This document shows positions 54,101 to 64,000 of a stretch of 64,000 bases of DNA, piece after piece. The notes below the pieces were generated by a model. It saw only the letters and a list, made by a program, of their open reading frames with translations. It had not been told where the DNA came from and did no database searches. Position 1 is the stretch's first letter. Every line of letters starts with the position of its first letter. The position numbers and the translations under genes are program-made. The DNA comes from Bugula neritina (taxonomy: Eukaryota; Animalia; Bryozoa). Location of the stretch: positions 25,904,339 to 25,968,338 of the forward strand of contig OZ037766.1 of assembly GCA_964035545.1 (NCBI GenBank), written 5' to 3'.

Positions 54101-57100
54101 TTTCTTTTTTGCACTGTTGATAGTAGGCAATTCGTTCTTGCAATGTTTCTTTTAGTAGCGATACAATCACTGCAAGTACATACTTACCTATGGTATATGG
54201 TAATAGTGAGCCATAACTCTTAACACTCTTGTGTTTGCAGGATGAGTTTATTCAGCTAATTCGAAGAGTTGACCAGAACTGGGCCGAAGGTAAACTACAC
54301 GGCGCCATCGGTATCTTTCCACTCAACTATGTTAAACTTTCAGAAGCGGGACGGGCGTTCCTTGACGCTCCAATCAGCAAGTAAATATTCACATTTAGTG
54401 TGGGGAGATGAGATGATGGGATTTTATTTTTATTGTTGATATTTTGTTTCAAACTGGTTGTTGCAGGAGTGAACATTTTATTTGATTGCTTTGTTGTGTA
54501 CTAACTGCCAGTTATCACTTTGATATGTCACTATACATGAAGCTGAATGTCTCCAGCTTCAAATAAACAGTCTATTTTACTGAGTTAATGCATTTAGAAA
54601 CAAGACTATTTAATGATCTCATTCTTATCGCTTTTCAATATACAGTCAAAAATCAATCCTGTCTTTAGGCTATATATGTATAGGCAGTCATCTCAAACTG
54701 CTTACTAGTATTGTCACTAAAGGTGTAGTTTTATCACTAAAGGTGTATTTATAAAAACACCCAGAAGTTGAGCCAAGTGAAGTTGGCTATTGATGTTTGT
54801 GGAACAAGTATCAACACATCTATATTTTTATGCTGATTGAGCCTTTTATGTAATTCACAGAGTAACTGCGGGCTCTGCTCGTACCCCCCAACCCTCTAGA
54901 ACTAGAAATATGTCTGGACCAGCGGTCTTTCAGTCATCACCTTATAGCAACCATAATGGATCTACTGAGGTGGGTAAATTGCTACTAGTTGTGTTATTAT
55001 TAACTATCTAGTTATGTTATACTATGCTATAATGTATTCCTGTAGTATATAGTAATACACGTGTGGGTTTCTGTAAGACGCATATAAGTATGCACATGTG
55101 TGTTTCAGGTGCCACAATGTCAGGGAGCTCGAAGTGATAGGCACTCGGTGGGGAGTGGAAGTAACAGCTACAATATCAGCTCTTCTGCACCTACTGAAAC
55201 ATGTAAGATTCTTATACATTTGTTTGGTAGATAGTGTGCTGTGTCATGTACTCACTGCTCCTCAACAGTTTGTGGAGTATAGCTCTCCGGTTAAAGTATT
55301 CTTTTAACAAAATTTTAATGTAAGAGTTTGTGATATATTTGTATAAACATCTGGTGTATTCACTCATCTGTCACTCACTTACTCACTCACTCACTCAATG
55401 ACTCACTCAGTCACTCACTCAATGACTCACTCACTCACTTACTAATTCATTCAAATCTTTACACACTCACTCACATTAACTCACTCACTAATTTACTCAC
55501 TCACATTGACTCACTGATTTACTCACTCATACTTACCCGCTCACACACTCACTCACATTAACTTACTTACGCACATTAACTTACTAACTCACTCACTCAC
55601 ACATATATGGTAATTTTTATTACTTGCTGACTAGGGTGTGAATATTTCTAATTTCGCTATCATGAATTTGTTTTATTGCAGCTTGGCCTTCAGCAGTTGT
55701 TGAATCAATAAAGTCTCAGCGGAAGTCAAAAGAGTTGGATGGTGAGAGAGTTGAGGTTGAGACAAAGAAGCAAAGTAGTCATAATATGTGAGTAATATAC
55801 TGTCATATATATATGCTAGTAGTCACAATATATGAGTATATAGTAAACTATTGTATAGACTAGGAGTCATAATATGTAAGTAATATACTGTCATATATAT
55901 GCTAATAGTCACAATATATGAGTATATAGTAAACTATTGTATAAACTAGGAGTCATAATATGTAAGTAATATACTGTCATATATATGCTAGTAGTCACAG
56001 TATATGAGTATATAGTAAACTATTATATAAACTATAAGCCATAATATTAATTTTCTAAAGTTGAGTGGTTGGCTCTATTAAACAAAGTGTGTTTGCCAGG
56101 TTGAGGGATTCAAATAAAAGCTACAAAGTCATGATAATATTTTGAAGAAACTTTAGTTTCTATTTTGAATTGTATGAAGTACAATTCAAAATAGAAGATA
56201 ACTCTTTTTAGGAATAATATACAGTTTACCTCCTAATCATCATAATATGTACTCGTTGTCTTATACTTCTAATTGAGTTTTGATGATTTCTTGTGCTGAT
56301 TTTTTAAATGCTGTCAATAAATGCATAAAAGTGTGATATTTCATATGACCGTGATCATATAGTACAAATAACCTGGAAGCAATACAAGCTTTGAACACAA
56401 GTCTAAAGTCATAAGTAGCCGAAGGATACGACTGGTTTTATAATGCAGGTTGTAGAACATGTCCTAAGAGCTTTGGGCTGCCTAAATTCTACTTCTGTTC
56501 TCTTTTTGCTGTCCGTTTGGGCAACAGAATTATTTATCACATGATCTTAAGGAGTCGTCTGCTCAACCCCTGCTAATCGGAAACTACTGTGTGCTGGTTC
56601 TTTGAACATATAGTTTTTGATTATCTGGAAATTGGTTCTAAGGCTACAATACTCTGCCAAAGTTTAGCTTATGAAGATCCCAGACTACGAATACAATGGA
56701 ATCTGGTTGTAGATATCAAGCATTATATAACTACAAGCCACAGAAAGATGACGAACTTTTGCTCTCTCGTGGTTCCTTCTACCAGGTGGTTGACAGATGC
56801 AAAGACGGGTGGTACAGAGGGAAATGTGTGCTCACAGGAAGTAGCGGTGTATTTCCTGGAAACTACGTGCAGCTCGTCCCTCCTGAAACGTAAGTCAACT
56901 TCTACTTCCAGTTCACTATGATTACTGCTACTTCACTTTCACTATGAATTAAACTACTTACTGTATATCGATATTACTACTTCTCATGCTTCAAATGGAT
57001 TTGTGTGAATGGATTTGTGTGAATGGATTTGCGGTTTTGTTGTGATAACCTATCGCTGTGGTTCTATTTGATTAACACTGTCGCCATGTATCAATGAACA

Positions 57101-58983
57101 ATTCGTTCACATAATTCGAAGCATGGGGGTGTAGTGTACGAGTTGAATAACTTTTTCTTAGTAATGTTAGAGAGTTTTTTTAATATTTGCTTTAAATAAA
57201 TTTTTCACATATGGTTTATGAAAATGAGTCAATGTTGCTGATGATACTCAACTATTTCTAAAAATACATTAACAGCAGATGCTAAAAGTAACGTCATGAA
57301 TGTCAGAAAATTATAACAGCATTTTGTCGTAAAATGTATTTTTCTTTCTGAAAAATTATACATTTTTTTAGTGACAGTGCCTCAGGAGATGCGCAGCGTA
57401 CCATAAGACGGGGACGGCTGGAGCCCCCTACAGAAAAGTGTATCAAGACTAATAAATCAGCCAACCAATCAGAAGAGGGTTCTGTTGCTAAGGTATCCTA
57501 GCAACCAACTAGTATATCTGATATTTTACATTCAACACCCATCTATCTAAACACCAGTATATGTGGTATATAATACACTTTACATGCATTACTTTGTATT
57601 TAATACGATACTTTAAAATACATTTACTTATAATATATTAGCTGTGTCAAGATTATGCCAAGCAAAGGAGGTTTTTTATTTCATATTATGACATTTAGTT
57701 TTTATATTTTATACATGTTTACTTTATCTTGTAGTATAAGTTTTATTTTCTAATTACAGTCTAATACCTGGTAACATATATTTATATGTGTATAAGCATG
57801 ACTGTCCATGAACTGGTTTGCAGGTCAAAGGGTCAGTGAGACAGAATGTTCTAGAAAGTAAGAGAGAAGGAAAGAGAAGTTCTTCCTTGTCTCGTATAGA
57901 GAAACAACCTGACCCCATGCCCCAACCCTCCACTCAAATCACCAGTCGAGTTGATAAACCTTCAGACGTGGTGACTAAACCGCAGAAAGCTACTCGTATG
58001 AGGTAAGCTAAACTTACCTTTAACTTATTCCTGACTTACTTCTAACTTACCTCTAGCTTACCCTTGACTTGAGTCACCTCCTGGCAAACTCTTCGATACT
58101 TACCTGACAGGCATAACTCAAGTGACTAAACAACTAACGTGCCTCACTTTGCCATAAGATTGTGTTTTAGTTTGTGTCTGTTTAGTGAAAAGTTGAAGAA
58201 TCTATTCCATAAAGTACTTTGTTATCTAGTGCATACAACATGGCACTAAGTTTCATGTTATATGGGGGATATGAATGCGTTATGTAAGATTAACTGATAC
58301 TAAGTGAGCATTTTAGGCCATTTTGTCTCGCAAAACTATAGAAAGTTCTTTCTCCATGTTAATATAATGAAATTTAGCCTTAGACCTGCAATTATAGGTC
58401 AACATTTTCAATAGCAAAATATATATTAGAAAGTATGAAGTATCAGTAAATCCCCAACTTTTTGTTTTGGGGCTAAAAATACTAAATGGCCAAAGCTCCA
58501 AATAGACATAGTAGCCTTACTTCACGCCTTTTGACTGTTGCTAGGAGACGCTATGTTTAAAATTTGCTTGTTTCTGGAGTTGACTGGCTTTAAATCTTGG
58601 CTCTGATTTCAACAAGCAGTTTCAATTCATTCATTTCAATTAATCAAAGTTGAAGTGTGCAACTGTAGCTGTGTTAGTGTCATTATAGGGGTTATGTGCA
58701 CCTGTGCTACCTTTTAGCTAATAGATTTGTGTGATTGGACAATTCAGTGACGTTTTTTCTTTCTCTTTTCAACAGATATGTCTGCGTGATGGCCTACTCT
58801 TCTCAGAGTGACCTTGAAATTGACCTCAAGGTCGGCGATGTTGTCGTTGTGTTGAAGAAAAAATCCGAAGGTTATTATAAAGGTACCAATGAGACTTCCG
58901 GCAAAACTGGCGTGTTTCCTGCCCGTTTTGTCGAATCATGTGCTTCCAAATCCGGCAGTAACAACGAATCTCGCAGCAGCTGA
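48123..58983 (+). CDS. SH3RF1: E3 ubiquitin ligase SH3RF/POSH (RING + four SH3 domains), about 589 aa
   Basis: Exons 48123-48251, 49826-49957, 50371-50438, 52011-52125, 52543-52734, 54241-54380, 54861-54969, 55109-55202, 55682-55787, 56713-56889, 57372-57492, 57824-58002, 58776-58983 (1770 nt). [31 protein letters not shown]...[25 protein letters not shown], and SH3 motifs (LDENWFYGE; [35 protein letters not shown]; [31 protein letters not shown]; terminal [20 protein letters not shown]). Probable 5'UTR exons end near 45883 and at 47724. Confidence 0.95.
55370..55603. repeat. Degenerate (ACTC)n microsatellite
   Basis: Direct inspection. Confidence 0.9.
55775..56047. repeat. About 86-bp tandem repeat x3 that includes an exon end and splice donor
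   Basis: agtcataatatgtRagtaatatactgtcatatatatgcta...aaactattgtata repeated. Confidence 0.9.
56977..57134. mobile_element. Small degenerate inverted-repeat element
   Basis: ctacttctcatgcttc..tgtgaa versus ttcacataattcgaagcatgggggtgtag; internal 14-bp repeat aatggatttgtgtg about x3. Confidence 0.45.
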
Positions 58984-61900
58984 CATCACTAACTATTTTA
59001 CTGCAACGAGTCTGTGTTCCACCATTATCTTCCATGTTTACCTGATTATATACAGGAGTTGTATTCTTTTTATATCTTCTAGATTTGCTAAGCTTGCTTT
59101 TAATTTTTATGCTAGATTTTTTTTTCTAAATAATTAAAAAATATGTACTAATTTTCATTGGCTTCCCATAACAGGTATACAGATATATATTTTTACAGTA
59201 CAGCAGTCCGAGACCTACACTAATGACATATTCACTAATGACTTCATTTCTATGACATTTTATAGATTAATGGTTAATTTACATTCTAATCTGATGTTCT
59301 TGTGACATGAATTTTTTATGCTTCATAAAGCTGCTTTTTCCATTATTTTATATTTCTGAAGCGATTGACAATTTAAACTGTTATACTCGTACGCCATTGT
59401 ACAGCTGCATCTGTTGCATTCTTTTAGAAAGTTTCTATTTAAGTAAATAAATTTTATTTATAAATTTACTTTTTGCTTTTAGTCTGATCTAATAAGTTAC
59501 ATAATAAACTAAACATTGTAAACTTAATTAAAAAAAAGTTGTTGGGTTGGAAGTAAGTATTAAATCAAGACATAAGTTTCCTACTTGTCATATCTTATGC
59601 TTAGAAAGAGTAAAATACTTGCTGTGTTCTTTAACTACATTAAGAATATTTAGGCTGTGATCTATAATTCAAAAAAATAGTTTTAGCTGCAAATTGGGTC
59701 TGAGGGTAAAAATTCCACCCAAGTTTCAGTGAAGTGTAAGAATAATATATTATGTAATACACATACTATATCCTGTAGTAACATCAGCTAGTACATATGT
59801 ATTAATTATATATTTAAATACGTGACATGCAGATGCAACAACTTATGTAATGTTGCATCAAGAAAATGTCCTGCTATAATATAGTTGAGCTATTGTCCTA
59901 ATGCTAGCTTCTACTGTTGCAGTTCAAACTATAAATATAAACAATTTCAGTAAATAGTACGCTATGCAATTCTCTATTATCATGAATGAATTAGAAATTG
60001 TAATAATATGTATGCATATTATAAAGTATAACTTAAAGTTCATTGCGATATTCAGCTTAAGTATGCAGGAAATATAGTTGTATAGCAAATTAGTTTACAG
60101 AGGGAGTTATCTATTCTATCTGTCAAACTGTCTTCTCCAAAACTAGCATTATTGTCAATAGGATTGCACTTTTTTGAAAGAAAGAAAACTATTTTTTCAT
60201 CAGCTAACCTAGAGCTACCATATCATATAAATAGCTGCAGAACTGCTAATAAGAAAAAGGCTGCCAGGAGAGCCATACATTTTCATTTCCTGTCTGAATC
60301 TTTTAATGTTCAATTATATTACATAAGGCCATGAAAGGAAACATCGATACCAATTGCATTAACAAAGGCTTGTTTAAGTTATACTTACGGTAAATGAGAA
60401 TGCCATATAACCTTAGGTACCTGCATTTATTGTATTTACTGGGAGATTTAATTTTACCCCCAAGATAATTCGAGTTTTGGTAATGTTATTTTTGTCATAT
60501 ATTAATAATGACAGCTTCTAGAAAAGCCTGTACATGCTGCAATATATGTGTAGTAATAGCTTATTTAAAATTCTAATATGACAAAAAGTGACAACAAAAA
60601 GCTTCTTCTCTTTGGTGATAAGCAACATCAGAGCTAAAACTTGATTACACCCCCTCCTTTCCCCTCCCCTTGAAATAGACTAGAAGATTTGGCAATTTGG
60701 CAGCTTTATTTGGGATTATGGTATTTCATCACATGTTGAATCACTACATAGAAGTTAGTCGTACCTAATTGTTTAGCAGTTTTTTGACAAATAGTTTTGT
60801 CTAACAAAAATCACGAACCTGATTTATTTTATTTCCCATTAAAACATTCTACTGTGAAATAAGAGTATTTTTATTGCTCTAAATGCTTAAGAACTATAGC
60901 ATCTAGGGGAATCGCTTGCAGACGCAATGCATCATAGCAAACAGGTTTCAGTTAAACAACTAGCAACTCTATTTTGTGTAAAATCCGCTATCCTAGCATT
61001 TGTTTCTTTGAAACTGGTTGTAGAGACATTAGAGTGAATAATAGAATTTGTCACTAGCGAATAGTCTAGGAACTTTTAAAAGATTCAGCATTTGAGGAGA
61101 CGTTGGGAGTCACCGCGTAAAAAAGTTTATTCAACATTTTTTAATTTGATAGCAAAAACTTTCATTTAAATTTTTAAGGTATGTTATTTAATAGCTGTAT
61201 TTCAAATAACATGCATGCTAATTAGTTAATAATTCTTTTTCTGTGATATATATTTAGTCATATAATGGTAACTACAATAAAGCAGCTACATGCGTGATGG
61301 AGTATCTAATAACATCCTGTTTTATTTAACTAGTATTGAAAAGTGGTATAGAATATTGGTGTTTTGTGCACTGGTTTATTTTTAAGCCAATTAGTATGTG
61401 TTGGCTTGCATTGTTTTCTTACTTATAGCCGTGATGATTGTTTTAGCAAATCAATAACCAAGCAGGTGAAGATTTTGGAGAACAATGGTTATTGACAAAT
61501 AAATTAGAACATGGAATAAACATTGTCTATGTGAAATCAAGTTTATGTAACATCTTTTGTCTAAGAACTTGACCTTGCGTTCTAAATGAATTCGTGTCAC
61601 ACTCAACCTTCATAATATCAATTTGGTTTATCATCTCTTACATTGCTTTCACAGCTCCTGGTTTAGTATTTAATATAAACCGCAAACAAGTTTTTATTAA
61701 CGCTCTCTAAAATATTTTTGTCAAACTTTTGCATGAATTAAGTTATGACTCAGAGAAAAGCCTAAATATGGAAATAAATTTAGCTTAATTTTGTAAGTCT
61801 GAAATTCATTACAATTTAGTGAACCTTAAGCTGTATTTCTGAGCTGACAGTTTCAAGTTGGTAAGTGTGCAATCTTTATTCTTGCAAAAATTATTTCTGT

Positions 61901-62459
61901 TCTTTTTTTTCCAGATTTTTGTTTCACTTAAAAGCTAGTGAGTGTTAACTTTGTTTGAAAATAAAGTTTATTCTTGAGAAGTCCTCAAAACGTGACCAAG
62001 TTGTCATGAAACACCTCAGGTAACCTGTGGCAAGCACCTTGTTGACATTATGAAACTGCAACTGGCTAGAAATGTTTCAGTTCAAACAGTTAAAATGATT
62101 CCCTCTTCGCATAGACTGCATTATAGTAAATAATGGGTCAATCACAGCATTAGCCATTTCTTTTCAAAGACTGTTTCTATAGAGAGATATAAATAGAGCG
62201 ATACTACTGTAGCACTAGCATTACTACCCAGTCAGCATCTAGTACTCTACCACGTGTTAACAGCAGGCTACTCAGTATAGTAGCCATCTCTAATTTCCTC
62301 TACTGTCTACTGCCACCAGTTTCTTGACTCTACAAAATATAGGTTTGTAACTTGTCAACATAGAGAGAAGACAAAGTGTAGGAATTGCTGCCGAGAATAG
62401 CAGCTAGTCTGTGACTTTAGCTGCTGTTCTGTGTCACAGACTTATTGCTAATTACAAGT

Positions 62460-63634
62460 ATGGGGTCAGGATCGAGCATCAACAAAGTTTCTGTGGTAAG
62501 TCAGCATTTACAGTCAGCATTTATACTGTATATTATAAGTGTGTTTAACTCTACATTTATACTGTATATTATAAGTATGTTTAACTCTACATTTATACTG
62601 TATATTATAAGTATGTTTAATAATACATTTATACCATATGTAAGCATGTTTAACCCTACATTTATACCATATTATATAAGCATATTTAACATAACTTTTA
62701 CATCATATATAAGTAAGCTTAAAGTCGGGATCATTGGTTTTTGGGACTTGGGTTATATTTTATTTCTGGTTTATTTAGAATTTTCTTTGTATTATAATCT
62801 ATAATGTGATTTATTAATAATTATATCTTCATGCCAGGAATTATGCAGATTACCGATTTTCATTCTCTTGTTAGTGACAATAACTTATGTAATAATGTAA
62901 TATGTATTATGTAATAATGTAATAGCATGTAATATGTAATAATGTAATAATGTAATAATGTAATAAAGTTAGTTGTATGCTGCATTTGTATTGCCGATGA
63001 CTTGCTTTGTGGGCATTGAAATATGAAAGCTATGTTGAGCCAAATGGCGGAAATAGAATAGTTGAAGGTCTGTAGATGTTTCCAAACTGAAGATTCTCAT
63101 ACATGCAGACATTTTATGTGTTTCATGATAATTTATTTCAAGTTAATGAAACAGGAATTTTGTTCGTTCTGTTACTTAACAAAATATTATCATAAAATTT
63201 ATTTGAAAAAAAACTTGTAAGGCTAAAGAATGCAAATGTTGAAAATACAAATGATAAATTGTATAGTAAGGTGCTTTGATTTTCATTCTTTCAAATGTAC
63301 TAAAATTATGCAGCGTTGACACAGCGTCCTCATTAGCCAGTTTAGATCTCAGTCTAAAAGTTCGTCTGCTTACCTATATTTAGAAGATCAGAGTTTCCCA
63401 TTGCTTCTTTCTGTCCTCTGTGGTTAAAAGCTCCCGGATGAAACATGGTTTAACAGTTTAGCATGGCTTAATGAACTGCCCTTCTCTTGTTTTAGAGCCC
63501 AGAATCAACAGGAAGCAGTAGGTCGCTGTCTCGAATAGCCTCTGATCCCTGCTACACGGATGCGATGAAGTTATTGCATGACAGCGTTATTGGGGATGGG
63601 TTGGTGTTTCAGTCACCACATGGGGAAAAGAGAG
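62460..63634 (+). CDS. 5' exons of a probable class-V PLP-dependent aminotransferase / cysteine-desulfurase-like protein (3'-truncated)
   Basis: Exons 62460-62495 (MGSGSSINKVSV|GTAAGT) and 63496-63634 (SPESTGSSRSLSRIASDPCYTDAMKLLHDSVIGDGLVFQSPHGEKR, donor GTGAGC). SVIG...F.SP.G.KR resembles the segment preceding the Y(C/A)DYTASGR motif of a class-V family. That motif lies outside the window, so the family call is tentative. Confidence 0.6.
62512..62712. repeat. About 36-bp tandem repeat (tttaactctacatttatactgtatattataagtatg)
   Basis: About 5 units; explains the tail of ORF 62445. Confidence 0.88.
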
Positions 63635-64000
63635 GTGAGCTTTTCTATGCTGTAAATGTAAATGTAGTGAGTGTGTTATGTAGTCAATACTGTATGTAGT
63701 TGGTATATACTGTAGTTAGTACTGTAGTCAGCACAATAGTGAGTACTGTAGTGAATGTTTATTGTAGCAATAAACTTGTATATACTGTAGTTAGTATAGT
63801 GTACTTTAAATAGATATACTGCAGTTCTATGTATTGTAGTTGTTATGTATGGTAGTATTTGTATATAGTATGTATGTATTGTATAGGCAGTATAAAAATT
63901 ATAGTTCATATAAAGCTTAATTTCCCACATAAAAAATTAGTAAAGCCATTGAAATATGTAGATAACCAAGAATATCTATTGCGGCAAAAGAAAGATATAA

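Noticed and set aside
54381-54969. Apparent frameshift or odd acceptor at SH3RF exon 7
   Set aside because: Recounting the C6 run shows the canonical CAG acceptor at 54860 keeps the frame.
56400-56712. Alternative internal start (MESGCR) for a two-SH3 short isoform
   Set aside because: An in-frame ATG exists at 56696, but there is no promoter evidence and the normal acceptor at 56712 explains the exon.
57493-57823. Possible second U12 intron (donor GTATCCTAG) in SH3RF
   Set aside because: Donor diverges at +8/+9, the exonic AAG makes a workable U2 site, and there is no convincing CCTTRAC branch near the acceptor.
1-64000. tRNA, rRNA, snoRNA, SECIS, stop-codon readthrough, autonomous transposase or RT genes
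   Set aside because: No convincing motif or structure found by eye; small ncRNAs cannot be excluded without an Infernal/Rfam search.

Overview
AT-rich, intron-rich invertebrate animal genomic DNA; the species cannot be identified from sequence alone. Most entries in the ORF track are exon fragments or noise, so I built gene models by hand from splice signals, checking phase at each junction. Five recognisable genes are present: FBF1 (minus strand, 3' end runs off the window), head-to-head with an endosomal Na+/H+ exchanger of the SLC9A6/7/9 clade that carries a textbook U12 minor-spliceosome intron; UBE2A/Rad6 with an acidic tail; SH3RF/POSH (RING + 4 SH3); and the 5' end of a probable class-V PLP enzyme with an N-myristoylation motif. 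A phase-consistent 6-exon orphan gene (about 201 aa) sits in the apparent intergenic gap at 31.9-35.8 kb. The most unusual signal is a 'drifting hexamer', quasi-palindromic sequence zone of about 0.7-1.5 kb just downstream of the inferred TSS of each of the four conserved genes. Other oddities are an intron-split start codon, a candidate GG-AG intron, duplication-born candidate microexons and several MITEs and minisatellites.
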